Shown here: piece by piece, positions 36,683 through 46,235 of the stretch
Position numbering within the stretch: the first letter of the stretch is position 1
How the letters are laid out: every line of letters begins with the position of its first letter
Source of the DNA: a virus
Taxonomy: Duplodnaviria > Caudoviricetes
IMG/VR virus record: IMGVR_UViG_3300022723_000184
Coordinates: 137,947 to 201,946 of that record
Strand: one strand, 5' to 3'
Length of the DNA: 64,000 nt
Notes under the pieces: generated by a model
What the model saw: only the letters and a program-made list of their open reading frames with translations
Told to the model about the DNA's origin: nothing
Databases searched by the model: none
Program-made: the position numbers and the translations under genes

Positions 36683-38212
36683 ATGGCTAAAAGAAAACCC
36701 CGTAAGCCGACACCGAAGCCGGACGTTGAGGGCGACGACTTCGACGAGTTCCCGGACGAGGTTCGGGAGCAGTCGGAGCCCAGGGCGTCCAAGAAGGCGG
36801 CCGAGAAGAAGTCCGCCAAGAAGGCGGCGAGCAAGAAGCGGGTGGCCCGAAAGGATCCCCGCGATCAAGAGCAGAAGGGCGAGCAGCGTGGCGAGGTCTC
36901 CGACAAACGTGCGCCCAGACCCGCAAGACCCACGGTGAACCTCGACAAACGCAAGCTGACCAAGAAGCAGAAGGGGCAGCTCGAAGAGTGGCGGGGCAAC
37001 ACGAAGGGCAAGAAGCTCGACAGCTATTTCGCTGGCCAGGTGGAGCAGGCCCGCAAACAGTTCGGTCACCGAGCGGTCATGGCCGCGACCGAGGCCGCCA
37101 ACCTGGTCATCGTGATCCCGTGCCCGAGCCTTGCGTTCGAGTACCTGATCGCCCAGGACGGTTTCCCGCTTGGACTGGTGCTGCACCTGGCGGGTCCTCC
37201 TGGCTCGCTCAAGTCGTCGCTGCTCTTGGAGTTCATCCGCTGGTTCCGCATGGCGGGCGGCGGTGGCATCCTGATGGAGAACGAGACCAAGTACAGCCCG
37301 GACCTGCCCAAGTCGATCCTCGGCTACGAGGACGCCGAGGTGGGTTTGATCCTCAACCGGTGCGTTTCGGTCGAAGACTGGCAGGACAAGCTGACCTACT
37401 GGATCGACACCCAGAAGAAGGGCCTCATCGGCACGAAGGAAGAGCCCGGCCCCGGTCGCACGGTTCCGATTCTGTTCGGCGTCGACTCGATCATGGGCAA
37501 GGCCAGCTACGAGACCCAGGAGAAGGTGGCCAAGGAAGGTCACGCCGAGCGCAGCTTCCCCGTGGAAGCAATGAAGATGACCACCTACATGAAGTCGGTC
37601 CCGCAGTGGATCGACGAGTGGCCCTTTGCCCTCGTCCTCAACAACCATCTCAAGATCGGCAAGGATGACACCGGCCGCGAGGTGAAGAGGACGGCTGGCG
37701 GCGTGGGCGTCAACTTCCAGGAGTCCTGGGAGCTGGAGCCCAGCGTGGTCAAGAGCAAGATCGGCTCAGCGGACTGGGACGGCGTGCAGATCCGCATCCG
37801 TTGCCGCAAGAACTCCATGGGCCCCACGCACCGGCAGATCGAGACCCGGATGCTCTGGTGGGAAGAGGAGAACAAGGAAACGGGCGAGTGGGAGCAGATC
37901 ACCGTCTGGGACTGGGACTGGGCGACGATCAAGATGCTCAGCACCCTCAAGAGCCGCCCAGCGGCCCGGCTCAAGGACGCGGGCTTTCACCTGCAGACGC
38001 CCAAGGTCAGCGACGTGGAAAACACGGCCTGGTCCTCGAACCTCGGCATGAAGGCGAAAGACGCCAAGCCGTGGCAGGAGGTCGGCCGCATGATCCGTGA
38101 GGACGATCAGCTGATGGAGACGCTCCGCACGTGCCTGTCGATCAAGCGGCGGCCGTTGCTGGATGGCGATTACCTGGATCAACTTGAGAGCTTGAGGAAG
38201 GACTTGCCGTGA
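36683..38212 (+). CDS. RecA/UvsX-like recombinase
   Basis: GPPGSLKSS Walker A, MENE, FGVDSI Walker B, LNNHLK, basic N-terminal extension. Confidence 0.82.
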   Translation: MAKRKPRKPTPKPDVEGDDFDEFPDEVREQSEPRASKKAAEKKSAKKAASKKRVARKDPRDQEQKGEQRGEVSDKRAPRPARPTVNLDKRKLTKKQKGQLEEWRGNTKGKKLDSYFAGQVEQARKQFGHRAVMAATEAANLVIVIPCPSLAFEYLIAQDGFPLGLVLHLAGPPGSLKSSLLLEFIRWFRMAGGGGILMENETKYSPDLPKSILGYEDAEVGLILNRCVSVEDWQDKLTYWIDTQKKGLIGTKEEPGPGRTVPILFGVDSIMGKASYETQEKVAKEGHAERSFPVEAMKMTTYMKSVPQWIDEWPFALVLNNHLKIGKDDTGREVKRTAGGVGVNFQESWELEPSVVKSKIGSADWDGVQIRIRCRKNSMGPTHRQIETRMLWWEEENKETGEWEQITVWDWDWATIKMLSTLKSRPAARLKDAGFHLQTPKVSDVENTAWSSNLGMKAKDAKPWQEVGRMIREDDQLMETLRTCLSIKRRPLLDGDYLDQLESLRKDLP

Positions 38213-38775
38213 GCGATCCCTTTGCTGACCTCAACAAGAATCGGAGCCAGGAACAGATCCGGGCTGCGAACGAGGCTCAGTGGGAGGAGGCTGTCGTCAA
38301 GCGGACGCTTAAAGAGTTCAGTCTTGGTCCGTCAACCCGACGAGAGATGGCCAAGATCTGGCACGATGAGCACGGTTCCTTCGCGTTGAAGTTCTCGGTC
38401 TTTAACGCTATGTTCGCCGACTTCCCGTTCGTGCTGGGCACCACCAGGCTGGACGGGAAGCACGTACATCAGGACCCCAAGGCTACCGAGCCCGCAAGGT
38501 TCGAGCGTTTCTCACAGGTCCCCTTTGTCGAGGCTTACCGAGAGTTCTACCAGGACGTCTATTGCGAGGCCAATCTGCGTAAGGTGGGTCTGGTCTTTCC
38601 CCGCAAAGGCTTCCGCTACGGCATGGTGATCCACAACGACGACTCCGAGGACTACTGGTCCTCAGGCCTGTGCTGGGTTTACAAAGCGAAGCAAGGCGAC
38701 CGGCTGTACATTCAGCCGTTCAGCTCGCTACTCGAAGGAATCAAGAAGAGCCGCACATGGCGGCCCGAGACCTAA
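38209..38775 (+). CDS. Hypothetical protein
   Basis: 188 aa, GTGA overlap. Confidence 0.65.
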   Translation: MSDPFADLNKNRSQEQIRAANEAQWEEAVVKRTLKEFSLGPSTRREMAKIWHDEHGSFALKFSVFNAMFADFPFVLGTTRLDGKHVHQDPKATEPARFERFSQVPFVEAYREFYQDVYCEANLRKVGLVFPRKGFRYGMVIHNDDSEDYWSSGLCWVYKAKQGDRLYIQPFSSLLEGIKKSRTWRPET

Positions 38776-38790
38776 AAAGTACTTTTTAGG
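38771..38790. promoter_or_regulatory. Palindrome CCTAAAAAGTACTTTTTAGG (copy 4, extended to 20 bp)
   Basis: Perfect 20-bp palindrome over the TAA stop, upstream of GTG 38817. Confidence 0.65.
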
Positions 38791-38816
38791 TCATGGATGA
38801 GTGAAGGAGAACTGTC

Positions 38817-39710
38817 GTGGCAAAAAAGATACTCACCCCCGTTCAGAAGAAGCGTCAGCAGGTGCTTCAGGAGATGACCCCGGCCCTCAAGAAGGTCGCG
38901 GCCAACTTCGACACGAAGATGACCAAGGCGGCGGTCGGCAACCTGACGATCGCCTACAACATCGGCAAGATCGTCACGAACGTGCTCGCCAGCGAGACCA
39001 AGTACGGCGCCAACGCTGTCGAACAGCTCGCGGCCTACATGGGCCACGGCTGGTCGGCGACCAAGCTTTACGCGTACCGTGACCTGGCGTCCGAGTACAC
39101 GGAGGCCAAGATCAAGCAGCTGGCCAGGGCCAAGATGGCCGACGGCGGTCACGTCACCGTGAGCCACTGCCTGGCAATCATCAAGGTCAAGGGCAAGGCC
39201 GAGCGGCAGAAGCTCTGGAGGCGGGCCTTCGATGAGGGCCTGAGCGCCGAGAGCCTCAAGATGGAGATCGCGGCCACCGAGGAGAAGCGGAACACCCGCT
39301 CCGGCGGTCGCAAGCCCTCGGTGCCCAAGTCCGTGATGGGCGGCGCCCAGGAGATCTTCAACCTCGGCCAGAAGATCAACAACAAGTTCGAGATCTGGGA
39401 CGAGCACGTGACCGGCGAGGTGATGCAGAAGCCGGCCACGGAGATCAACGACGCCCTGGTCGAGAAGCTCAGTGCCGCCGAGTCGCAGCTGGAGTCCATG
39501 GAGGACAAGCTGATGACCTATCGGCCGAAGCTCCAGAAGGCGATCGATCGGGCCCAGAAGATCCTGGCCGAGAACAAGAAGGCCGCGGCCCAGGAGAAAG
39601 CGAGCCAGACGCGTGTGATGAACGCCGGCCCGTCTCAGACCAAGAAGAAGGTCACCAAGAAGAAGTCGACCAAGAAGAAGGTCGTCAAGAAGAAGACGAC
39701 TAAGAAGTAA
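38817..39710 (+). CDS. DUF1016 N-terminal-like DNA-binding protein with a Lys-rich tail (tentative)
   Basis: YNIGKIV...KYGANAVEQLA...GWSATKLYAYRDLASEY; KKKVTKKKSTKKK tail. Confidence 0.5.
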   Translation: MAKKILTPVQKKRQQVLQEMTPALKKVAANFDTKMTKAAVGNLTIAYNIGKIVTNVLASETKYGANAVEQLAAYMGHGWSATKLYAYRDLASEYTEAKIKQLARAKMADGGHVTVSHCLAIIKVKGKAERQKLWRRAFDEGLSAESLKMEIAATEEKRNTRSGGRKPSVPKSVMGGAQEIFNLGQKINNKFEIWDEHVTGEVMQKPATEINDALVEKLSAAESQLESMEDKLMTYRPKLQKAIDRAQKILAENKKAAAQEKASQTRVMNAGPSQTKKKVTKKKSTKKKVVKKKTTKK

Positions 39711-39739
39711 AGGGCGAAGGGGGAGCTGAGATCCCACAG

Positions 39740-39777
39740 CCGGCGGCGTTGGAATCATTCCGGCGCCGCCGGTTTTT
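39740..39777 (+). terminator. Rho-independent terminator
   Basis: CCGGCGGCG..GGAA/TTCC..CGCCGCCGG followed by T5. Confidence 0.75.
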
Positions 39778-39788
39778 AGGAGGCGGCC

Positions 39789-40571
39789 ATGCAAGTGCCT
39801 GGCTTCACGGTGTGCGTTCTTTGCTACGGGGACCACACGGACCTAGCCCAGCGATGCCTGGGCAGCATCAGCCGCACGCTCGACAAGCAGCACGTCGTCG
39901 ATCTGCGGGTGGGGCTCAACGACGTGTGTCCTGGGACCAGGGAGTACGTGTTCGACGTGCTCCGTTCAATGGATCTGCTTGACCCTCCCCTGATCTACGA
40001 GCCCGAGAGGAACGTCCACAAGTACCCGCTCATGCGGCGGATGTTCTACGACAAGCTGCGGCCCGTTCAATCGACCCACCTGATGTGGTTCGACGACGAC
40101 AGCTGCATCACCGACGGCCCCGACTGGTGGGCCAAGACCTGGGCGAAGGCCCAGCAGTACACGATGATCGGCGACATTTGGTACGTGCCGTACCGGGGTC
40201 ACACGGAGTGGGTCCGCCGCCAGTCTTGGTACACGGGCAAGCCGTTCCACAAGATCCGGGGCCGGGAGGCAATGAAGTTCGCGACTGGCGGCTGGTGGGC
40301 GGCGGAGTTCTTGCCGATCCGCAGGTGGAGCTACCCGTGGCAGGAGCTGAACCACCGGGGAGGCGACTGCAGCCTGGGCGAGATGCTCAACCAACAGGGC
40401 TACACTCTGGGGAAGCACAAGGACGGGCTCTGGATCAACGCGGACGACCGCGGCAAGAACTCCGGGGCCCCACGAAGGGGTTACGACGAGCGGCCCGTGT
40501 GGTACGATTACCGCCCAGAGCCGGACCTGAGCCATCACCGTTTTGATTACCAGGTCCACGAGGCGACATGA
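39789..40571 (+). CDS. Glycosyltransferase family 2-like protein
   Basis: CVLCYG, VGLND, WFDDDS (DxD) motifs. Confidence 0.65.
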   Translation: MQVPGFTVCVLCYGDHTDLAQRCLGSISRTLDKQHVVDLRVGLNDVCPGTREYVFDVLRSMDLLDPPLIYEPERNVHKYPLMRRMFYDKLRPVQSTHLMWFDDDSCITDGPDWWAKTWAKAQQYTMIGDIWYVPYRGHTEWVRRQSWYTGKPFHKIRGREAMKFATGGWWAAEFLPIRRWSYPWQELNHRGGDCSLGEMLNQQGYTLGKHKDGLWINADDRGKNSGAPRRGYDERPVWYDYRPEPDLSHHRFDYQVHEAT

Positions 40572-40619
40572 CGGGCCAGATCCCGGCCTGGCCCGCGGTC
40601 CAAAAGTCCTGGAGCACCG

Positions 40620-41063
40620 ATGGACTTCACAATTCGGTGGGTCGATGTCTCGGCCAATCTTCAGACGGGTAAGCAGCCCGTGCTGGTGTTGGAGAGGCCA
40701 CTTGCCCACGGCAACGACAAACGCGGTGGGCTGTTCTCTGCTGCCGAGGTAGCACGTGAGGGTACCTACTGGGTCCCCAGTAACCCGCTCGTCGGTAGCG
40801 GCGATCACGGTTGGACGGTGACCAAGAGCGGGCAGTACGTCCGCATCCCTATCCATGCCTATCTAACCGCTGAACGGGCCAAGGCCCAGCTTGTGGCGAC
40901 CGGCATCGAGATCGGGACCCGGGGCATCCTGGAATACACACAGAAAATCGGAAGCGCACCGAAGGAGTTGGTGTTGGCCCTGGGCACGCAGGTCGATGAC
41001 CTGGCGCCTGAGGGCAGGAGTCACTTTCGCTGCTACGTGGGTGTGGCGGCGAGGGTCGAATAG
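40620..41063 (+). CDS. Hypothetical protein
   Basis: 147 aa, GGAG RBS. Confidence 0.6.
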   Translation: MDFTIRWVDVSANLQTGKQPVLVLERPLAHGNDKRGGLFSAAEVAREGTYWVPSNPLVGSGDHGWTVTKSGQYVRIPIHAYLTAERAKAQLVATGIEIGTRGILEYTQKIGSAPKELVLALGTQVDDLAPEGRSHFRCYVGVAARVE

Positions 41064-41071
41064 GAGGCACC

Positions 41072-41416
41072 ATGAGCGACCAAGAAACTGTTGACGTGCC
41101 TGCCATGATCCAGCAGCTGTCGAATCGGGTGATCCACCTGCAGAAGCACGCGCTGGCCTACGGCGGCCTGATGAACGGGCACACACCGATCATGTCGTGG
41201 CCAGCCCAGCTGGGCGACAGCCCCGTCGAGATCATGACCGACCTGAGCCTGCTGCCTGAGCCCAACCGCGAGGCGATCCTCCAGAACATCGCCGCGGTCC
41301 ACGCTGACGGGATCAACCAGGCCCTGAACCAGGTCGAGGAACTGACGAAGACGCTCAAGGGCGTCATGCAACCCGGGAAGCAGGAGGCCCCTGCGGAGCC
41401 GGCCGGTGGATCCTGA
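41072..41416 (+). CDS. Hypothetical protein
   Basis: 114 aa, AGGAGG RBS. Confidence 0.65.
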   Translation: MSDQETVDVPAMIQQLSNRVIHLQKHALAYGGLMNGHTPIMSWPAQLGDSPVEIMTDLSLLPEPNREAILQNIAAVHADGINQALNQVEELTKTLKGVMQPGKQEAPAEPAGGS

Positions 41417-42002
41417 AGAACTCTTACAGGGCGTTGAGGCTACGGACGGCCTGCGTGTGGTCGAGGTCAACCTCGGTCAAGGGGCCAACGTGAGCCTGCA
41501 CTTCGCCTTCCGGCAGGGTGGCGAGTTGGTCAGCCCCAACCTGCTGGACACGGGCGAGAACAGGGACAGCGTCGAGTTCTGGGAAAGGCGAAACCTTGGC
41601 CCACGGCAGATGGGCGAGAAGACCAGGGTCCGGGAGCTTGCCGAGGCGGTGTGTCGATTCCTGAACACCGGCGGCCAGCTCCAAGAGTTGCAGGGCATTT
41701 CCAGCTTGCTGGGTTTGCTGCTGCAAGGTAACTGGTCGCTGTCGATCCCCGGCTACTACCTACTCGAAACGCACGTCAACGAGGACGGCGACTACGAGCA
41801 CCTGTTCGCCCCGGAGAGCGGGATCAAGGGCATCCGGTGGGTGGAGGGCTCGTTCATCGAGCCGGTGGACCTGACGGACGTCCTGAACGAGCTGCGTGCT
41901 GAAGAAGGAAAGGAGATAACTCTAGGTGTTGACAAGGTGGAAGCACTCCCTGCAGAAGGTGCTCGACCTTCGCAGGTCTCTGAGGGAGAACCTTCTCCCT
42001 GA
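41406..42002 (+). CDS. Hypothetical protein
   Basis: 198-aa ORF. Confidence 0.6.
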   Translation: MDPEELLQGVEATDGLRVVEVNLGQGANVSLHFAFRQGGELVSPNLLDTGENRDSVEFWERRNLGPRQMGEKTRVRELAEAVCRFLNTGGQLQELQGISSLLGLLLQGNWSLSIPGYYLLETHVNEDGDYEHLFAPESGIKGIRWVEGSFIEPVDLTDVLNELRAEEGKEITLGVDKVEALPAEGARPSQVSEGEPSP

Positions 42003-42816
42003 TTTCGTAGACAAGGTGAAGGAAGGCGAGGACTTCGAGATCTTCGTCGAAGAGGTACTACGGTGGTTACCCAAGTCGGTGTCAAAAGACTGTCTGTTCG
42101 AGTCGCTGCGGCACCTGGCCGGCGAGAAGCTGACCAGGGAACTGCTCGACGAGACGTGTTGGCGGATCGCCGGCAACCTGGACCGACTCAAGGGCAGGAT
42201 GGCGGTGTTCCCCTGGAGCCACCAGCCGGAAGAGGAGTGGGTGCCTGTCCAGATCCTCTCGGCCCGCCGCCGGCGCGGCGGTCGTGGGAAGCCGGGGTGG
42301 CAGTTCACGTTCCACATCCTGGCCGGGCTCAGCTGCACGCTGAAGATCCAGAAGTTCTGGTCGACCCGGTTCTGCAACTTCCTGGCCAGGGACATGGGGT
42401 TCAACACCCGGTACCCGAGCGATCGATCGTCGCGGGTCCCGGAGTACATGTACCTGCACCCCACCGAGTTCATCAACATGCGGTTGCTGGTCTTGATCGA
42501 CCCGAAGCAGTCGAAGACGGAACCTGTCTTCGCCCAGACGGGCATCACTCCCCAGTTACTGGAGTGGAACCGGGAACAGATGCGGTACCGGGACAGGATC
42601 AGGCCGGGCTACGTGTGCCCCAGGAACTACCCGGTCAACGTCAAGTGCTACAGGTGCCCTGCCGGCTACAAGTCGTGCAGGGCCGGCACCCACAAAGAGG
42701 ACTACCTCATCGACCACTGCGAGTACTGCGGGTTCGATGACGCGGCCTACGACCCAGACGTCTCCACGGAGATGTGTCTGAACTGCTACAACCATCGCGC
42801 CCTGAAGCGTGATTAG
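41926..42816 (+). CDS. Hypothetical protein with C-terminal Cys-rich motifs
   Basis: CP..CYRCP..C, CEYC, CLNC. Confidence 0.65.
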   Translation: MLTRWKHSLQKVLDLRRSLRENLLPDFVDKVKEGEDFEIFVEEVLRWLPKSVSKDCLFESLRHLAGEKLTRELLDETCWRIAGNLDRLKGRMAVFPWSHQPEEEWVPVQILSARRRRGGRGKPGWQFTFHILAGLSCTLKIQKFWSTRFCNFLARDMGFNTRYPSDRSSRVPEYMYLHPTEFINMRLLVLIDPKQSKTEPVFAQTGITPQLLEWNREQMRYRDRIRPGYVCPRNYPVNVKCYRCPAGYKSCRAGTHKEDYLIDHCEYCGFDDAAYDPDVSTEMCLNCYNHRALKRD

Positions 42817-42828
42817 AGAAAGGAAGCC

Positions 42829-43650
42829 ATGGGAACCCTAGTCAAACCCAGCGTCTACTTCGTGGGCGCCACCACCGTCGACGGCAACGAGATCGCCCGC
42901 TACCTCCAGGAGACCGGCCAGTCGGAGTTCCTCCAGGACTTCGAGCACGCGATCACCGTCGACAAGCTGCATCCGGGCGAGGCCCTCTGCAGCATGTTTG
43001 CCAAGATGTGCTACAAGAGTCTGGTCCTGGGCAAGAACGAGAACATCTCCAAGACCCGGGACATCAAATCCAACCTGGCCGGCTGCTTCGACCACGGCCA
43101 CGGCTCGGTCTTCGAGCACGTGCAGCTGAACTTCATCATCGCCAACTGCAGCCGCGTGTTCACGCACGAGCTGGTCCGCCACCGGGTGGGCACGGCCTTC
43201 AGCCAGACCTCCGGCCGCTACGTCAAGGGCAGCGAGGTCGACATCGTCTGGGACCCGATTCTCGACCCGGTGCTGGGGCGGGCCGGCAAGCTCGTCAAGC
43301 ACATCGAGGAGGAGTACGCGGCGATGTGCGAGGAGCTGGGCCTCAACAAGGAGGGCCTGGACTTCGCCAAGAAGAAGCAGATGACCAGCGCCCTCCGCCG
43401 GTTCCTGCCCAACGGCCAGAGCAACGAGATCGCCTTCTCGTGCAACTTGCGGATGATCCGCCACCTGGTGATGCTGCGGACCAGCCGCTTCGCCGAGTGG
43501 GAGATCCGACTGGTGTTCGAGCAGATCTACAGCCAGGTCAAGGACCACTTCCCGATGCTGTTCTACGGGGCTACCGAGGAAGTGGTCGAAGGTATCCTGG
43601 AGATCTCCGGGATGAAGATGCAGCCGTACGAGCACGCCGAGGAGAAGTAA
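42829..43650 (+). CDS. thyX: FAD-dependent thymidylate synthase
   Basis: GHGSVFEH, THELVRHR.7.SGRY signature, AEWEIR. Confidence 0.92.
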   Translation: MGTLVKPSVYFVGATTVDGNEIARYLQETGQSEFLQDFEHAITVDKLHPGEALCSMFAKMCYKSLVLGKNENISKTRDIKSNLAGCFDHGHGSVFEHVQLNFIIANCSRVFTHELVRHRVGTAFSQTSGRYVKGSEVDIVWDPILDPVLGRAGKLVKHIEEEYAAMCEELGLNKEGLDFAKKKQMTSALRRFLPNGQSNEIAFSCNLRMIRHLVMLRTSRFAEWEIRLVFEQIYSQVKDHFPMLFYGATEEVVEGILEISGMKMQPYEHAEEK

Positions 43651-43653
43651 GCC

Positions 43654-44163
43654 ATGCCCATCCAGGCTCGCCTATCGCAAGACGATCCGCGGTTCTACAA
43701 CGTGAACCGCGACGTCGCCCATTGTTTCGAGTCCATCGCCACCGAGGTGGCCGCCAGGCTCGAAGACGGCCGTTGGCCGGTGTTGAAACGGTACCTCGAC
43801 GAACACGGGGTCACCGACGAACAGCTGGGAGAGGTCTGCGTGGCCTTCTGCAAGTTCGTCCTGGGCACTTGCGACGACCCTGCCGAGGGGATGGGCGAGT
43901 TGCTGGAGCGGGTCGGATGGCACAACGTCCCGGAAGAGGCCCAGGTGGCTCTGTGCGCCATCCTGGGCACGGTCATGATGGGCGTGTTCTTCCGGGGAGC
44001 GAGGGACGTGACCATGGGGTTCGATGGACCCTGTGCGAACATGAAGCACCTCGCCGAAGCGGGCCGCCAGGCCCACAAGTGGCTGACGATGCCCCGGTGG
44101 AAACGCTGGGTGCTGAGGAAGCTATTGAGGAAGAAGGGCTCCGATGGAAGCAACGGCGACTGA
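43654..44163 (+). CDS. Hypothetical protein
   Basis: 169-aa ORF. Confidence 0.65.
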   Translation: MPIQARLSQDDPRFYNVNRDVAHCFESIATEVAARLEDGRWPVLKRYLDEHGVTDEQLGEVCVAFCKFVLGTCDDPAEGMGELLERVGWHNVPEEAQVALCAILGTVMMGVFFRGARDVTMGFDGPCANMKHLAEAGRQAHKWLTMPRWKRWVLRKLLRKKGSDGSNGD

Positions 44164-45082
44164 AACAGGATCGCTGCAGGGCACACGGATGATCATCAGC
44201 CACTGGTCTCAGGATTTTCGTAATCAGTACGGGGACAGGTTCCCCGTCGATTACACGTGCTTTGACACGGAGACCACCGGCTTCAGCCGGGACAGCGATC
44301 TGATCGTTGAGTGGGGCCACTGCATCGTGCGGGACAGGGAGGTCACGGACAGACTCAACGTCATCATCAACTGGTTCGGTGCGGGCCTGGTGCCCGACGA
44401 GTGGATCAGTACGGCGCTCAAACGGGTGGCCCGGAAGGTAAAGCTCAACACGGGCAACACGTTCCACGTCACCGAAGAGAAGATGAAGAAGAAGGGCGTG
44501 CCCGTCGACGAGGCGCTGCCTTGGATCCACGAACTGTTGACCACGGTCATCGACAACGGTGAGTTCCTGGTCTCGCACAACGGCTGGAACTACGACTTCG
44601 AGATGATCCATGCCCACTTCCGTGACTTCATGGAGGTGGAGTTCGACATCCCGCCCAACCAGATGATCGACACCGGGGCCGTCGAGAAGGCCTCGCAGAT
44701 GGTCGAGGATGACCGGATCCACCCAAAGCCGGGCGAGACGCTCAAGGCGTACTTTAAGCGGGTGGCGTACTTTCGGGCTCCGGGCGTTACCTGGAACCTG
44801 GGCGACTGGTGCTTCCACAAATACCGGCTCGGCGAGAAGTACGGCGCTGACCCGTCCAAGGCCCACCAGGCCGGCTACGACGCGTGGATGCTCCACCTGC
44901 TGATGGAGGAGTTCCGCGGCATGATCGAGATCCCGACGGAGCCCGAGGCCCCAAGGATCCAGCCGGCCCTGAAGACCAGGAACCCGAACGTCTCGAAGAC
45001 CAGGCGTGCGGTGAAGAGGGAGGCCCAGCAGGGCATCCAACAGGCGGGCAAGAAGCGCCGCCGCAGGCAAAGGAATCGCTGA
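44144..45082 (+). CDS. DEDDh 3'-5' exonuclease (DnaQ-like)
   Basis: FDTETTG, SHNGWNYD, AHQAGYD. Confidence 0.85.
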   Translation: MEATATETGSLQGTRMIISHWSQDFRNQYGDRFPVDYTCFDTETTGFSRDSDLIVEWGHCIVRDREVTDRLNVIINWFGAGLVPDEWISTALKRVARKVKLNTGNTFHVTEEKMKKKGVPVDEALPWIHELLTTVIDNGEFLVSHNGWNYDFEMIHAHFRDFMEVEFDIPPNQMIDTGAVEKASQMVEDDRIHPKPGETLKAYFKRVAYFRAPGVTWNLGDWCFHKYRLGEKYGADPSKAHQAGYDAWMLHLLMEEFRGMIEIPTEPEAPRIQPALKTRNPNVSKTRRAVKREAQQGIQQAGKKRRRRQRNR

Positions 45083-45705
45083 TGGGCAGAAGAAGGTTTC
45101 ACATCGAAGACCCCATCGAGCACCTGACCAAGGCGATCAAAAAGCTGGGGGACAACCAGCTGTTTATCGGGATCGACCCGGGCAAGGACGGGGCCATCGC
45201 GTTCCTCCCCGACACGAGCAAGATCGTGCCGTGGGTGCTCGACATCCCGACGGAAAAAGAAGTCAAGAAGTCTACGGTCAAGGACCCGAAGAACCCCGGC
45301 AAGAAGAAGCGTAAGACGTCGACCCGCCGGTTCTACGACTACCACATGATCAACCGCCTGTTCGACCCGATTATCGACCGGGTCCATGATGGCGACGGCC
45401 CCGTCCACGTGGCCCTGGAGCGCCAACAGCCCAGGGCCTCGGACTCGGGTGTCACCGCGTTCTCCGTGGGCGTGGGATTCGGCATGTGGCACTTGTTCTT
45501 CACGTCCTTCAACATCCCGTGGGAGGAACCGCTTCCGTCTGTGTGGAAGCGGAAGATGGGCCTGCTCAAGACCGACAAAGACGCGTCTCGACGAAAGGCA
45601 AAGCAGCTGTTCCCGAAGGCCGCTCAGTTCTTCGAGCTGGTGGGCGACCACAACCGTGCGGAGGCCGTACTGCTGGCCGAGTCTGTGCGGAGGGGCTTTA
45701 AGTGA
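45082..45705 (+). CDS. RuvC-like Holliday junction resolvase
   Basis: IGIDPGKDGAIA, ALERQ, HNRAEAVLLA. Confidence 0.8.
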   Translation: MGRRRFHIEDPIEHLTKAIKKLGDNQLFIGIDPGKDGAIAFLPDTSKIVPWVLDIPTEKEVKKSTVKDPKNPGKKKRKTSTRRFYDYHMINRLFDPIIDRVHDGDGPVHVALERQQPRASDSGVTAFSVGVGFGMWHLFFTSFNIPWEEPLPSVWKRKMGLLKTDKDASRRKAKQLFPKAAQFFELVGDHNRAEAVLLAESVRRGFK

Positions 45706-46235
45706 TCGGTACCGAAGAACGGCAACAGCTCCACGAGAAGGTCCGCAAGCGTGTCGTCGGCAGGATCGGCGAGCGGTCTGCGGACAGCTTGTGCCTCTAC
45801 TGGGCCCACTATGGGCTGCAGGTTTTGAAGGAGGCAGGGATCGAGGTGTGCCTCCAGGCGGGCTCGGCGTACTGGCCGAGAGTCGACAACCCGCGGGAGA
45901 CGCCCGAACACGTGATGACCCACTTCGGGTACAAGTGGGAGCCCGACAGCAACCTGAGCAGGCTGTCCGTCAGGCTCGGCCACTTGCCCGAGATGCACAT
46001 CTGGCTGGGCATCGTTGAGACCCAGGAGCTGGTGGACTTCTCCACCGGCACCTGGCCTCAGGCGTGCCGCGACCGGATCGGAGAGTGGGAGACGCAGGAC
46101 CCGCCGCCCTATTACTGGGGACCGCCCGGGAACCTGCCAGAGGACGTGGTCTACGAGCCGCACGCCAAGGCCACCATCCTGGCCGGTCACATCATCGACC
46201 GGCTGGAGGCTGTGCTGGGAGGAGTTGGAAAATGA
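45702..46235 (+). CDS. Hypothetical protein
   Basis: 177 aa, GTGA overlap. Confidence 0.6.
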   Translation: MIGTEERQQLHEKVRKRVVGRIGERSADSLCLYWAHYGLQVLKEAGIEVCLQAGSAYWPRVDNPRETPEHVMTHFGYKWEPDSNLSRLSVRLGHLPEMHIWLGIVETQELVDFSTGTWPQACRDRIGEWETQDPPPYYWGPPGNLPEDVVYEPHAKATILAGHIIDRLEAVLGGVGK

